A DNA stretch of 64,000 nt from an uncultured Bacteroidales bacterium (GCA_905234755.1 CAJOIT010000003.1:895139-959138), one strand, 5' to 3'. Counted from the stretch's first letter, positions 41,176-52,367 are shown. Notes: generated by a model not told the origin, from the sequence alone. Made by a program: numbers and translations.

Positions 41176-41425
41176 AAGGATTCAAATATTTAAAGATCAG
41201 AAATTTAACATCGTTGAGCTAAAGGTTGATGATTTGATTATTTGGAATTGTTGTAATATTATAGAGGCGCAATGCTTTGAGCCGCCACTCATGAGGATAT
41301 GAATATTTTTGCATTTTATAACACCTCTATTAATAATTCTATAACAAGCCTATCCTTTCGTGGCATAATGTTTGGGGCAATCAAACGCGATAATATATAT
41401 GTGTAACCTGAAAAAATTATGTCCT

Positions 41426-42046
41426 ATGAAAAAGATATTATTCTTCTGTATGGTATTGATAGCCAGCGTAAGTATGCAAGCACAATATGTAGTTTCCGAC
41501 AAGTATGACCTATGGTTCGAAGACACTGATCACGAAATGACAACCCGCAAAGCTGTACAATGTACCGATAATTATCAGGATCTATGGAATGGATGCACTG
41601 TTCGTACCTCAGGCAGAACGGTATATATATACAGAAGTGGCAATTCCATACTTTATGGCGATGAGATTAATCTGCTATACAACGGATATTATCGTGTTAA
41701 GCGCAGCAACACCTGGTATCTTGCCGATCCGGATGGAGATCTCGTAGATGGAATCTACGGCAAGCAGATTTTGTATTATCCATGGGGATATGTGACGGTG
41801 CTACGCAGCGCAGGATATTATGATGTGTTCCACTGCAGTGGCAGAAAAGTAGATTTCTACTCTTACGAATCACCATGTATCTTCTGGAACGGCTGCTGGC
41901 TCATAAAACAAGGCAGCTATTGGTACGCATGCGATAATAATGGACGCAAGATTGATGGCGTATATGGCGACCAAGTCAACCTGCTCAACGATGGTCGCTG
42001 GAAATGCATTCGAGGTTCATACATAAGTTATAAGGATGGAAACTAG
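41426..42046 (+). CDS. Secreted hypothetical protein with internal Y/W/G-rich repeat
   Basis: Signal peptide; repeated WY..D..G..vDG.YG and YGD..NLL. Confidence 0.7.
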   Translation: MKKILFFCMVLIASVSMQAQYVVSDKYDLWFEDTDHEMTTRKAVQCTDNYQDLWNGCTVRTSGRTVYIYRSGNSILYGDEINLLYNGYYRVKRSNTWYLADPDGDLVDGIYGKQILYYPWGYVTVLRSAGYYDVFHCSGRKVDFYSYESPCIFWNGCWLIKQGSYWYACDNNGRKIDGVYGDQVNLLNDGRWKCIRGSYISYKDGN

Positions 42047-42134
42047 TTAGTAATTCTGCCATATCTTGTTTCGCGCAACATTTTCTCGCTTTCAATCAAA
42101 AAAAGATATATCTTAGCGGTCTAAAATTAAAGGC

Positions 42135-43046
42135 ATGTCAATAGAAGTACGGAACATAACTAAGGTTTTCGGAGAGCAGAAAGCTCTCGACAATGTAAGT
42201 TTTGACATAAACAACGGTGAAATAGTTGGTTTTCTTGGTCCTAACGGTGCAGGAAAGTCAACACTGATGAAGATAATCACCGGCTATATTCCAGCCACAG
42301 AGGGCGAAGTGCTTATAAACGGAATGAATATCCTCGAAAATCCAATCGAAATCCGCAAGAAACTCGGCTACCTACCCGAACAAAATCCATTGTACTTCGA
42401 CATGTATATCGTTGAATACCTTGAATTTGTCGCAGGTATATACGGCATAAAGAACAAAAAGGCAAGAATTGATGAGATTGTAGCACTCACTGGACTTGAA
42501 CCCGAAATTAACAAGAAAATCGGAACCTTGTCGAAAGGCTACAAACAGCGTGTAGGTCTGGCGCAGGCAATTATACACGACCCCGAAGTGCTTATACTTG
42601 ACGAGCCTACATCAGGGCTCGACCCCAACCAGATTATCGAAATCAGAAACCTGATAAAGAACCTCGGCAAGGAAAAGACTGTCATCCTTTCCACTCACAT
42701 CATGCAGGAAGTGGAAGCCATTTGCGACCGCATATTGCTGATAAAGAAAGGTGTACTTCTTGCCAACGACAAGGCCGAAGATTTTGCCCACCTCAACAGC
42801 GACTCTATTTCCACGCTGCTTGTTGAACTTGACGGAGAACTTTCGGAGAATGATTTTGCACAGATAAAAGGCATTAGGAATGTCCGCAAGCAATCCCCCA
42901 CCCGATTTGCCATCGAATTCAACAAGAGCAACGACATCCGCAAAGCCGTCTTCAACCTGGCAGTACAAAAGGGGCTTGCCGTCCTAAGCATGCAAGAAAA
43001 GGAAAAGAGCATCGAGGAAGTTTTCGCAGAACTGACAAACGGATAA
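42135..43046 (+). CDS. gldA: Gliding-motility-associated ABC transporter ATPase
   Basis: GPNGAGKST, GYLPEQNPLY, LSKGYKQRVGLAQA, DEPT. Confidence 0.85.
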   Translation: MSIEVRNITKVFGEQKALDNVSFDINNGEIVGFLGPNGAGKSTLMKIITGYIPATEGEVLINGMNILENPIEIRKKLGYLPEQNPLYFDMYIVEYLEFVAGIYGIKNKKARIDEIVALTGLEPEINKKIGTLSKGYKQRVGLAQAIIHDPEVLILDEPTSGLDPNQIIEIRNLIKNLGKEKTVILSTHIMQEVEAICDRILLIKKGVLLANDKAEDFAHLNSDSISTLLVELDGELSENDFAQIKGIRNVRKQSPTRFAIEFNKSNDIRKAVFNLAVQKGLAVLSMQEKEKSIEEVFAELTNG

Positions 43047-43257
43047 TTGGCAGAAAGGCGAACAGGCTAAAAGGCTAAAAGCCAAAAGGCGAAAAAGCCT
43101 GCAGCCGTAATAACCCTCATCTTTCATCTTTAACTTCGTTGAGGGCTACTTGTGCTGCGATGCACTGAGGTTCTCGAAGTGAGCATAGCCGAAGTACGCC
43201 GTTCAACATTTTGCGCAAAGCATTGCGCAACTACTTTTAACTTTTAACTATTACCTT

Positions 43258-44334
43258 TTACCTAATAAAATCCGCTACTACGGGATAATGGTCATCTGCA
43301 ATATTGAAATCCAAAGCCTTATGTCTTAGACATTTGAATTTATTGGAATGCATTATATAGTCGATACGGAAATCAACACCAGCAATTGAAAATGTTCGGC
43401 CGTTGCCATCTCCGCGTTCCATAAAGGTATCGTGAAGGCGTTCGCCTGATGCAAGTATCTGGAAACAAGTATAACTCAATGGAACATCGTTGAAATCGCC
43501 ACAAAGCAGAACTGGATACGGACAAGTATCAAGAGTAGACACAAGCGTATCGACTTGCACGGCACGATGTGCCGATGCCTCCGAGAACTTTGAATAAAGA
43601 TTCATCGCCTTGTCCTTATTTTCACGGTTGAAACCTTCGCGTCTACGACTAATCTCAACATCCGAATCGCTTATCATAATCGACTGCAAATGAACATTGT
43701 ACAACCTTACCGTATCCTCATTCATAAGAATGTCAACATACATAAATCCATTTGCAGTACTATCGAACGGATGCGAATACTGGGTAACGACAGGATAGCG
43801 CGTAATAATAGCCAAGCCTCCTACCCCATAATTGAAATTAGTAAGCCTTACCTTTGGCACCGACTTAGCCTTCAAATTCTTCGACAGCACATCGAGCGTT
43901 GGAAAATCGGCAGGCTTATTTGCCCAATATGCTTCCTGCATGCAAACAATGTCGGCATCGGTGGCAGAAATCGTTTCCAAAACCTTCTCCCTCAACAAAT
44001 TGGAATTCTTATCAAGAATACCAAAACATTTCACATTGTAGGACATTACCCTGAAATCGGCTTTGTCATCGAGCGATTTGTCACGAATGGAATATTCGTG
44101 CGAGAAAAATTTAAAGCCGACAAATACCACAACAGCAATAGGAATGGCAACCTTATAATTCACGAACAGCCATAAAAGCATCAGCGCGGCAAGTCCGATA
44201 AGCACATACTTCAGCATAAACGGACACAATGCCATCCACTTTACACTTGCCGGCGACACATATACCGAAACCATGCAAAGTATAACCGCCAACAAGAACA
44301 ATATCGTAAACACCCATAATATCTTACGCCACAT
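43258..44334 (-). CDS. Endonuclease/exonuclease/phosphatase family protein
   Basis: MSYNV, CMQE, HLQS, CGDFN, RIDYI, DHYP. Confidence 0.9.
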   Translation of the reverse strand: MWRKILWVFTILFLLAVILCMVSVYVSPASVKWMALCPFMLKYVLIGLAALMLLWLFVNYKVAIPIAVVVFVGFKFFSHEYSIRDKSLDDKADFRVMSYNVKCFGILDKNSNLLREKVLETISATDADIVCMQEAYWANKPADFPTLDVLSKNLKAKSVPKVRLTNFNYGVGGLAIITRYPVVTQYSHPFDSTANGFMYVDILMNEDTVRLYNVHLQSIMISDSDVEISRRREGFNRENKDKAMNLYSKFSEASAHRAVQVDTLVSTLDTCPYPVLLCGDFNDVPLSYTCFQILASGERLHDTFMERGDGNGRTFSIAGVDFRIDYIMHSNKFKCLRHKALDFNIADDHYPVVADFIR

Positions 44335-44339
44335 ATCGC

Positions 44340-45230
44340 TTAATTTTTATTGCTGTTGCTAAACAATTTTTCCTTTTCCTCCTTCGTAAGGCTCGAATAT
44401 CCCGATTCCTTAACCTTGTCCAAAATCCTGTCTATTTCCTTCTGCTCGCGAGCTTTGCGCCTATTGTATTCTGCATCGGTTTCTGCACGGCGGCTACCTG
44501 TCTGCGTTGTTGCTTTTGGTTCAGACTTGAACAATCCGCCAACCCATGCGAAAAATCGCGACAAGAAAATTGTGATGTCAGTACCTTTTGAGTAGCAGAC
44601 CGAAAATATCGCTCCCATGAGCGCACCGCCGAGATGCGAGAAATGTCCACCAGCATTTCCAAACGGAATGCTCAGCAAGTCGATGAGAACAATCGCCATT
44701 GCCAAATATTTCAGCTTTATCTGACCGAGAAAAGCCAAGCGGACAGGCATATTGGGCACAAGCACGGCAATTGCAAACACAACCGCCATTATCGATGCCG
44801 ATGCGCCAATTGCAAAAGCGACATTTTTCACCGTTGCGAACACAGGAATAATGTTGTACGCCCCAATGAAAACCAGCGCACCTGCAAGTCCACCAAGTAT
44901 ATACACACCAAGCAACTGCCTCTGCGAAAGGTATTCGAGGAAAATTTTCCCGAACCAGTATAGCACAAGCAAGTTGAACATTATGTGAATGAATCCGGAA
45001 TGGACAAACATGTATGTCACAACTGTCCACGGCCTATGCGCCAGCAAAGAAAAGTTTGATGACACGCCCAACCATTCCGACACATTAAAAGTCTTTCCAG
45101 CAAAGAAGAATCCGAGATTAACAGCAAGCACAAGAACGAACACACTGATATTCAAAAATATGAGTATGCTCAAATTATTTCCCTGACGGAAAATAGTTCT
45201 TATTTCGTTCCTGATTCCCTGCTTCATCAA
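44340..45230 (-). CDS. Rhomboid protease with C-terminal IDRILDK domain
   Basis: H..FN, GASAS, HLGG. Confidence 0.9.
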   Translation of the reverse strand: MMKQGIRNEIRTIFRQGNNLSILIFLNISVFVLVLAVNLGFFFAGKTFNVSEWLGVSSNFSLLAHRPWTVVTYMFVHSGFIHIMFNLLVLYWFGKIFLEYLSQRQLLGVYILGGLAGALVFIGAYNIIPVFATVKNVAFAIGASASIMAVVFAIAVLVPNMPVRLAFLGQIKLKYLAMAIVLIDLLSIPFGNAGGHFSHLGGALMGAIFSVCYSKGTDITIFLSRFFAWVGGLFKSEPKATTQTGSRRAETDAEYNRRKAREQKEIDRILDKVKESGYSSLTKEEKEKLFSNSNKN

Positions 45231-45940
45231 ACCTCCCCTTTCTTACGCCAAATCATCAGCAGGATGAAACCGATGAGCATACCGCCAAGATGTGCAAAAT
45301 GTGCAACATTGTCTCCCTGTGCGTTAAGAATGCCGAGCAAAAGTTCAATGACCACGAATGCTATCACCATCCATTTGGCTTTCACAGGAATAGCGAAGTA
45401 TATATACATCTCGACATTGGGGAACATAATTCCAAACGCGAGAAGCAAACCGTATATAGCACCCGATGCACCAACGCAGGGCACATTGAGAACTGCATTC
45501 AAATTGCCAAGCTGCGGATCCATGTAATTTTTGCCCTGCATAATAATGTCGGCACCATTGCGCATAACCTCCTCAATGGCCTCTGGACTCATCGACGACA
45601 TCATAACCTGCATTTCAATCTCTTTTACAAGCAGATAGAACAACGCGCCGCCAATTCCCGCCACAAAGTAGTAAATAAAGAATCGCTTTGAGCCCCAGTA
45701 CGATTCAAGCACCCTTCCGAACATGTAGAGCGAAAACATATTGAAGAACAAATGCCAGAATCCTCCGTGCATAAACATGTGTGTAACAAGCTGAACAGGC
45801 TTGAACAACGGACTGCGGAAACTGTACAATGCACAATACGAATCAAGCACTGGCACAAACATTGCCACGACAAACATTACAATGTTGACGAGAAGCAAAT
45901 ACTTGACTACCGGTGGAATATCCAAAAACCTATTGAACAT
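45227..45940 (-). CDS. Rhomboid protease
   Basis: HLFFNM, GASGA, AHFAHLGG. Confidence 0.92.
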   Translation of the reverse strand: MFNRFLDIPPVVKYLLLVNIVMFVVAMFVPVLDSYCALYSFRSPLFKPVQLVTHMFMHGGFWHLFFNMFSLYMFGRVLESYWGSKRFFIYYFVAGIGGALFYLLVKEIEMQVMMSSMSPEAIEEVMRNGADIIMQGKNYMDPQLGNLNAVLNVPCVGASGAIYGLLLAFGIMFPNVEMYIYFAIPVKAKWMVIAFVVIELLLGILNAQGDNVAHFAHLGGMLIGFILLMIWRKKGEV

Positions 45941-45946
45941 GGCTCA

Positions 45947-47791
45947 TCAGTTAAATTTGTTTTCTATTTCAGAAATGTCCATTATTTCCATTATTTTCCT
46001 GCCATCGGCAGTATAGTTGTGGTTAGCACACGACATCAGACGGAAAAACAAGTCTTCCATCTCCTCGTCCTTCAACGCAACTCCAGATGACATTGCCGCC
46101 GACTTTGCCAAAGCAATAGCAATCTTGTCGTTAAGTAGCATTTTCACATCGGGAGAACCATCCGAAAGTTCATCAAGAAGCTGACGGATAATCGCATTTG
46201 CATCCATTTCGGCAAGTTCGGCTGGCACACCGCGAATTTCGAACTTATCGTTTCCAACCATCACAATATCAAAACCTATGGTATTGAGTTCGGTCATAAC
46301 CTCAATCAGCAGTCCGCGCTCCTCTGGAGATGGTTCTATCACAAGCGGGAAAAGCGACTTCTGCACCACTCCGCTACGCGATTCAAGCATACGCATAAAA
46401 TGTTCGTACATAATGCGTTCGTGTGCCCTACGCTGGTTTATCACAATCATCCCCGAATGCGAAGATGTGAGTATATACTTGTTTTTTAACTGCAAATACT
46501 TCTGTGAACTGTCGCCCGAATAACTATCATCGTCTCCATACGATATTTGCGACTGCACGCTTTGCATGACCTCAGGATTCTGCGGATTCTCGCTTTCGGG
46601 CAAATCAAAATCGTCACGCGTCTTGCCACCTTCGTACAACTGCTCCCATCCTTTCGGAACTTCGCGCTTGTAGCCCGAATCTGTGTATTTGAACGGATTG
46701 AACTTCGGATTTACGCTTATCACTGGCGGACGCACAACTGTTGACGAGGTAAAATGAGCATCACGGGTAATGTCATCCTCAAACGACAGAGATGGAACTA
46801 CATTGAACTTGCCAAGAGCCTCTTTTACTGCCGAATTAAGAATCATATATATGCTTTGCTCCTCCTCGAACTTGATTTCGGTCTTGGTAGGATGAATGTT
46901 TATGTCGATTGTTGCAGGATCTACCTCCAAGTAAATGAAGAAGCGTGGATTTTCGCCCTCGGGCAGAAGCTTGTCGTAGGCAGATGTCACCGCCTTGCGG
47001 AAATACGGATGGTACATGTATCGGTTGTTCACAAAGAAGAACTGCTCCGCCATGTTTTTCAACGACATTTCTGGCTTTACAACGAAACCCTTTATGTTCA
47101 CTATATTGGTTTCAACGCCAAGTGGCACAAGGTTCTGGTTGAGTTTCTTGCCGAAAACATTAGCAATTCGCTGATGCAAATTTTCAGGGGAAAGTTGCAT
47201 CTTTATTTCATCGTTGAAAACCACCTTGAACGAAATTGATGGGTTTGTAAGCACAATTCGGTGAATTTCATCCATAATGTGCTTGGTCTCCACACTGTCT
47301 GATTTCAGGAACTTGCGCCTAGCCGGGATATTGAAGAAAAGGTTGCGCACCTTGAAATTTGTTCCGACTGCCGCAGCTACTGGTTCCTGCGACTTAACAT
47401 TCGATGCGGAGATGCAAACGCAGGTGCCAAGTTCGTCCTCACTTCTTCGTGTAACGAGTTCCACCTCGGCAACGGCGGCGATTGATGCCAACGCCTCGCC
47501 ACGGAAACCCATGGTTGTTATGGCAAACAGGTCTTCTGCCTTGGAAATTTTTGATGTAGCATGGCGTTCAAACGACATGCGGGCATCTGTTGGCGACATT
47601 CCCACTCCATTGTCAACCACCTGAATGAGAGTACGCCCGGCATCCTTTATTATTATGTCTATGCTTGTTGCCCCCGCATCAAGCGAGTTTTCAACCAGTT
47701 CCTTAACCACCGATGATGGTCTCTGCACCACCTCACCGGCAGCAATCTGGTTGGCAACCGAATCCGACAGCAACTTAATTATATCCGACAT
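45947..47791 (-). CDS. mutL: DNA mismatch repair protein MutL
   Basis: NQIAAGEV, RHATSK, GFRGEAL, DINIHPTK, QRRAHER. Confidence 0.96.
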   Translation of the reverse strand: MSDIIKLLSDSVANQIAAGEVVQRPSSVVKELVENSLDAGATSIDIIIKDAGRTLIQVVDNGVGMSPTDARMSFERHATSKISKAEDLFAITTMGFRGEALASIAAVAEVELVTRRSEDELGTCVCISASNVKSQEPVAAAVGTNFKVRNLFFNIPARRKFLKSDSVETKHIMDEIHRIVLTNPSISFKVVFNDEIKMQLSPENLHQRIANVFGKKLNQNLVPLGVETNIVNIKGFVVKPEMSLKNMAEQFFFVNNRYMYHPYFRKAVTSAYDKLLPEGENPRFFIYLEVDPATIDINIHPTKTEIKFEEEQSIYMILNSAVKEALGKFNVVPSLSFEDDITRDAHFTSSTVVRPPVISVNPKFNPFKYTDSGYKREVPKGWEQLYEGGKTRDDFDLPESENPQNPEVMQSVQSQISYGDDDSYSGDSSQKYLQLKNKYILTSSHSGMIVINQRRAHERIMYEHFMRMLESRSGVVQKSLFPLVIEPSPEERGLLIEVMTELNTIGFDIVMVGNDKFEIRGVPAELAEMDANAIIRQLLDELSDGSPDVKMLLNDKIAIALAKSAAMSSGVALKDEEMEDLFFRLMSCANHNYTADGRKIMEIMDISEIENKFN

Positions 47792-47793
47792 GG

Positions 47794-48111
47794 CTACAAC
47801 TTGCTAATATACGACACCACCGATGAAAGGTCGGCGAAGAAAATAAGGTAGGCAATGAAAAACAGGAATACTGCAATGCAGAATATCCTGATTGTGGATT
47901 TTTTTGTTCCGCCATACGAAGTACGGCGCATCTTGGAACGGAAACTGCCACGAATGCTTGCGCCAGGCTTATACTCGCCATCGGTAGCATCGATTTTGCC
48001 TTCCTGCTCGCGTCTTTCCATTACCTTTTCGTGAAATTCATCGAGTTTTGCATCGTAATAGCGTGGCTTATAATCGAATACATTATATGTAAAAGTTTTA
48101 AAAAGACCCAT
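47794..48111 (-). CDS. Small membrane hypothetical protein
   Basis: FDYKPRYYD motif, C-terminal TM, directly upstream of mutL. Confidence 0.72.
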   Translation of the reverse strand: MGLFKTFTYNVFDYKPRYYDAKLDEFHEKVMERREQEGKIDATDGEYKPGASIRGSFRSKMRRTSYGGTKKSTIRIFCIAVFLFFIAYLIFFADLSSVVSYISKL

Positions 48112-48213
48112 CAGTCAAAATGTTTAGTTTTAACTTGCAAATGTAACACTTTAGAACGAAATTCTGGTTTAGAATTTTGTTAAATGGACAGTGCTAATTC
48201 CACACAGGCCACA

Positions 48214-48331
48214 AATTATCCCCGAACATACATTTTATCTATTTCGGGGACAAATAAGCAAACGCTAATTGTCCCCGAAATAATATTTTTGTGCTTCGGG
48301 GACAAATAAGACATATTTATTTGTCCGTGAA
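48214..48331. promoter_or_regulatory. Tandem palindrome array TCCCCGAA-N15/16-TTCGGGGA (~52-bp period) upstream of ATPase 2
   Basis: Two full units plus degenerate third half site ttgtccgtgaa; -7 box TAACTTTG at 48343-48350. Confidence 0.75.
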
Positions 48332-48374
48332 ATAAAAATTAGTAACTTTGCAGTCGAATAAGAAAAGTAATGCA

Positions 48375-49820
48375 ATGGAAAACATAATTGGCAGAAAAGA
48401 AGAAATAGAAGAACTTAACACCTTATATCACAGCAAAAAAGCAGAGTTTGTAGCTGTTTATGGCAGACGCAGAGTCGGAAAAACATACCTTATAAAAGAA
48501 TTGTTCCGCGACAAAATGGCGTTTTACCACACAGGAATGTCGCCAATTGATTCGGCTGGCAACAACCTGCTGCAAGACCAACTGAAAAGTTTCCACAATT
48601 CGCTGTTGCGTTACGGCATGGAAGACGAAAAACAACCAGAGACTTGGTTGGACGCATTCTTTTTGCTTGAGAAACTGCTTGAAGACAAAGACGATGGCAG
48701 CCGACAAGTGGTCTTCATTGACGAACTTCCATGGATGGACACACCTCGTTCTGGATTTCTGTCAGCATTCGAACACTTCTGGAACGGCTGGGGTTCGGGG
48801 CGCAATAACCTAATGCTTATTGTTTGCGGTTCTGCGGCTTCGTGGATTGAAAACAACCTGATCAACAACCACGGTGGGCTTTACGACAGGCTCACATACG
48901 AAATAAAGATTTCTCCTTTCAACCTAGTAGAATGTGAAGAGTTCTTCAAGGCGGCGAACATCAAGCTGTCGCGCTACGACATTGTACAAGCCTATATGGC
49001 AGTCGGCGGCATACCTTATTATTTAGGGTTCTTCCGCAAAGGATTGAGCCTCGGGCAAAACATCGACCAACTTTTTTTTGCAAAAACAGCCAAGTTGAAA
49101 AAAGAATTTGAACGCCTATTTGCCTCATTGTTCCCCAAACCGACAAACTACAGAAAAATTATCAGCCTATTAGCGACAAGACACAAAGGTTTTACTCGTG
49201 ATGAAATTACAAAAGCTACTGGCATCCAAAAAGGTGGCGGTCTATCCAAAATGCTTGCAGCCCTAGAAGCCAGCGACTTCATATCTCGCTATGTGCCGTT
49301 CGGAGTCTCTAAACGCGAAGAGCACTACAAACTTACCGACAATTTCTGCCTTTTCCACGAAAAGTTTCTTGCCGGAAACGAAATCACTGACACCGACTTT
49401 TGGGAAAAGAACCAAAACTCGCAGAAACTTTCTGCTTGGAAAGGCATTGCCTTCGAAGAAGTGTGCCTAGCCCATATACAGCAGATTAAGAACGCTTTAG
49501 GAATCGGTGCCATAACTTCGCGGGAATCGGCTTGGAGCATAAAAGGCGACAAGGAAAACGACGGCACACAAATAGACCTGCTAATTGACCGCGATGACAA
49601 TATTGTAAATCTTTGCGAAATGAAGTTCCTGAAGGATAAATTTACAATCAACAAATCCTACGATGAAAAACTGCGTAGCAGAACGCAAATGCTAATAGAC
49701 CGACTGCCCAAACGCGCCACAGTCCACCTTACCCTAATAACCTCATACGGACTGAAATACAACGAATATTCGGGAGAAATACAAAAACTTCTGACATTGG
49801 ACTCCCTGTTTACAGAATAA
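48375..49820 (+). CDS. AAA ATPase (archaeal-ATPase family) with wHTH and PD-(D/E)XK-like domain, paralog 2
   Basis: YGRRRVGKT, VFIDE, GGIPYYL, QIDLLID...LCEMK; ATG 48375. Confidence 0.9.
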   Translation: MENIIGRKEEIEELNTLYHSKKAEFVAVYGRRRVGKTYLIKELFRDKMAFYHTGMSPIDSAGNNLLQDQLKSFHNSLLRYGMEDEKQPETWLDAFFLLEKLLEDKDDGSRQVVFIDELPWMDTPRSGFLSAFEHFWNGWGSGRNNLMLIVCGSAASWIENNLINNHGGLYDRLTYEIKISPFNLVECEEFFKAANIKLSRYDIVQAYMAVGGIPYYLGFFRKGLSLGQNIDQLFFAKTAKLKKEFERLFASLFPKPTNYRKIISLLATRHKGFTRDEITKATGIQKGGGLSKMLAALEASDFISRYVPFGVSKREEHYKLTDNFCLFHEKFLAGNEITDTDFWEKNQNSQKLSAWKGIAFEEVCLAHIQQIKNALGIGAITSRESAWSIKGDKENDGTQIDLLIDRDDNIVNLCEMKFLKDKFTINKSYDEKLRSRTQMLIDRLPKRATVHLTLITSYGLKYNEYSGEIQKLLTLDSLFTE

Positions 49821-49826
49821 CGCACT

Positions 49827-50200
49827 ATTTATCCCCGAACGCATATTTTACACATTTCAGGGATAAATAAGCAAATGCTATTTATCCCCAAATAAATTTT
49901 TTAATGCTTCGGGGAAAAATAAGACATTCTGCCTGCGCATTACTATTGATGATTATACAAGTCTTTCGGATTGCTGCCTCTGGCAGCGAGCTAAAGGTTG
50001 ACCATAGGGCGAACTAAAGGTTGCAAAACCGAAAGGACAAAATTGGTAAATATTCAAGTGTAAACAATAATTATCCTCATAATACATTTTACCAATTTGG
50101 TATAATAAGACATATTTATTACTTCGCGAAAATACGAAACCTGTAACTTTGCAAATGAATAACCAAAGAAATGCTATGGAGAACATGATTGGCAGAAAAG
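49827..50200 (+). repeat. Diverged duplicate of ATPase palindrome array, promoter and first codons, interrupted by a 176-bp insert
   Basis: 49827-49927 matches 48214-48314; 50104-50200 matches 48305-48399; aataagacat repeated at 49918 and 50104. Confidence 0.82.
49961..50038. repeat. Modular REP-like hairpin, 2 modules
   Basis: tttcggattg[27 nt][23 nt]caaaaccgaaa. Confidence 0.8.
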
Positions 50201-52095
50201 CTGAGTCTGTGAATGTTTACGACATGAGAGATTCTAAAAGCACTTTGAAGAACCTTATGCAAGGTATGTATCTCATATCATTTATCTTAAATATAACAGA
50301 GATATTCACAAAACGGACAAGATATACAGGCAACATAAAAAAAGCAGTCTTATCTCTTTCGATAGCCATTCTTTCTGTAAGTTGTTTTGGGCAAACACAA
50401 ATCAGTACCGAAGCAGAACTGAGAACATTTGCAAGTGCTGTGAATAGTGGAACCACTTATGAAGGTCAAACTGTAACATTGGAAAATGATATTGCATTGA
50501 CTGCAGAATGGACACCTATTGGAAAGAGCGGCAAGCCATTCAAGGGCACTTTTGAAGGAAATGGGCATAAAATATCAAACCTTCATATAACACGTGATAT
50601 TGACTATACTGGCTTATTTGGATATATCAATGGCGGAACTATACAGAATGTAATAGTTTATGGAGAAATATCAGTTAATAATAAAAGATATATTGCCGGA
50701 ATATGTGGAAAAATAGAAAATAACTCCAAAATTGAAAATTGTCATTTTATAGGTGAAATTGAAGTAAAAAGTGGTGGTGGCGATAAATTTGTTGGTGGTG
50801 TTGTTGGTAGATGCGGTGATGAAAATAATGATACGACCAACCTGTCATATCCCCAAAGTTATATAACAAACTGCATAAACCTTTCTGATGTATATGGTTT
50901 TTCATCAGTTGGTGGTATAATAGCGTACGCAAGTTATAGAACAACTGTTGAAAATTGTTTGAATTGTGGCAACATAAATGGGTTTACTCCGTCCAATGGT
51001 AATAAATATTTTGGTGGAATTATTGGCGGATACTATGCTGGAATGCAGGTTTATAATTGTTTAAGTGCAGGTACTGTTAACAATGACAAACCATCGGCAG
51101 CAATAGGACTTGTTAGAGAAACTCTATTTCCAGATAGGTGTCCAAAAGTAAACATATATTACGACTATCAAAGAATGTGGAAAAATCAATCTAGACATGG
51201 TACAGCAAAAAACACCGACGAAATCATAGATGGAGCTTTATTGCCAAATCTTGAAGGTTGGGTATGCGATGGCGGCGGCTATCCTTATCCAAAGGACTTT
51301 ACATACGACAGTGTAATAATGGTTGCCAAGTCTTATGCTTTGTTCTCAAATGATGAGAAGTATGATGCAATAGAGACAGATTTCACTGTATCAAACATTA
51401 CTGGAACATCTTGGACATCAAGGCAAGGCAAAGTTTCAGTAAGAACACCTAATATTGTTCCCATTGATACTGACAGCGACACTTTAGTAGTGAATTATGG
51501 CAGCTATTATAAGAACATATTATTGAACATTGAATCTTATGACCCTCTTCCTATTCGACTATACTACTTCAAAGGAACCCCTAGTCCACATGGAAACATA
51601 TTGAAATGGGCTACCGCTTGGGAACAGAACAACTGTGAATTTGAAGTATTCCGATCAAAAGACTTGATAAATCCTCAATGGGTATCTGTCACCGAAACGC
51701 CTATATATGTGGGTTCCGACACCTATACAGGAAGGTCATACCAGCTCCTTGACAGGTATCCATACGACACCACTTACTATATGCTTGTGCAGACTGACTG
51801 TGACGGGACATTTGAAAAGTTTACTTCGGAATATATAGTATGCATACAAGATAAGTCCACAGATACATTCGAAAAACCTTATATTATCTTTGGTGACAGG
51901 CTTCAAATAGTGGGTGGCAGTGAAATCTGCAGAGTCTCCATTCTGAATGTTCTTGGACAAATAGTTGAAGAGTTTTCTCTGAATCCTTACCAGCAGCGAG
52001 AAATTTTATTTCATTTGCAAGGAACATATCTGATAACATCCGTTTATGAACATAACGGAAAGACAATAAGAGATACTGAAAAAATAGTAAAATAA
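50176..52095 (+). CDS. GLUG-motif secreted protein with T9SS-like C-terminus; start uncertain
   Basis: WTPIG..PFKGTFEGNGHKISNL, GLFG, VGG repeats, PLPIRL..F domain; signal-like IKKAVLSL...CFG|Q at 50335. Confidence 0.78.
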   Translation: MENMIGRKAESVNVYDMRDSKSTLKNLMQGMYLISFILNITEIFTKRTRYTGNIKKAVLSLSIAILSVSCFGQTQISTEAELRTFASAVNSGTTYEGQTVTLENDIALTAEWTPIGKSGKPFKGTFEGNGHKISNLHITRDIDYTGLFGYINGGTIQNVIVYGEISVNNKRYIAGICGKIENNSKIENCHFIGEIEVKSGGGDKFVGGVVGRCGDENNDTTNLSYPQSYITNCINLSDVYGFSSVGGIIAYASYRTTVENCLNCGNINGFTPSNGNKYFGGIIGGYYAGMQVYNCLSAGTVNNDKPSAAIGLVRETLFPDRCPKVNIYYDYQRMWKNQSRHGTAKNTDEIIDGALLPNLEGWVCDGGGYPYPKDFTYDSVIMVAKSYALFSNDEKYDAIETDFTVSNITGTSWTSRQGKVSVRTPNIVPIDTDSDTLVVNYGSYYKNILLNIESYDPLPIRLYYFKGTPSPHGNILKWATAWEQNNCEFEVFRSKDLINPQWVSVTETPIYVGSDTYTGRSYQLLDRYPYDTTYYMLVQTDCDGTFEKFTSEYIVCIQDKSTDTFEKPYIIFGDRLQIVGGSEICRVSILNVLGQIVEEFSLNPYQQREILFHLQGTYLITSVYEHNGKTIRDTEKIVK

Positions 52096-52234
52096 TTCAA
52101 AAAGAAACAGTACTAAATGCTGTCAATGTTGTCTCAATGTTGTCTGGATTTGAAATCCAGACAACATGAATATAAGGATTTTTAATCCGTTTAATAAGTT
52201 ATACCTACGCATTACAAATGCTGATACTCATGCC

Positions 52235-52332
52235 TTTCGGATTGTTGCCATTGGCAACGAGCTGAAGGTTGCTGCCTCTTGCTGCGAGCTAAAGGTTGCC
52301 TATAGGGCTAGCAAAAGATTGCAAATCCGAAA
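52235..52332. repeat. Modular REP-like hairpin, 3 modules
   Basis: tttcggattg[27][27][23]caaatccgaaa. Confidence 0.8.
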
Positions 52333-52367
52333 AACAACAAAAAATTTCATTATATACATCTATAAAC

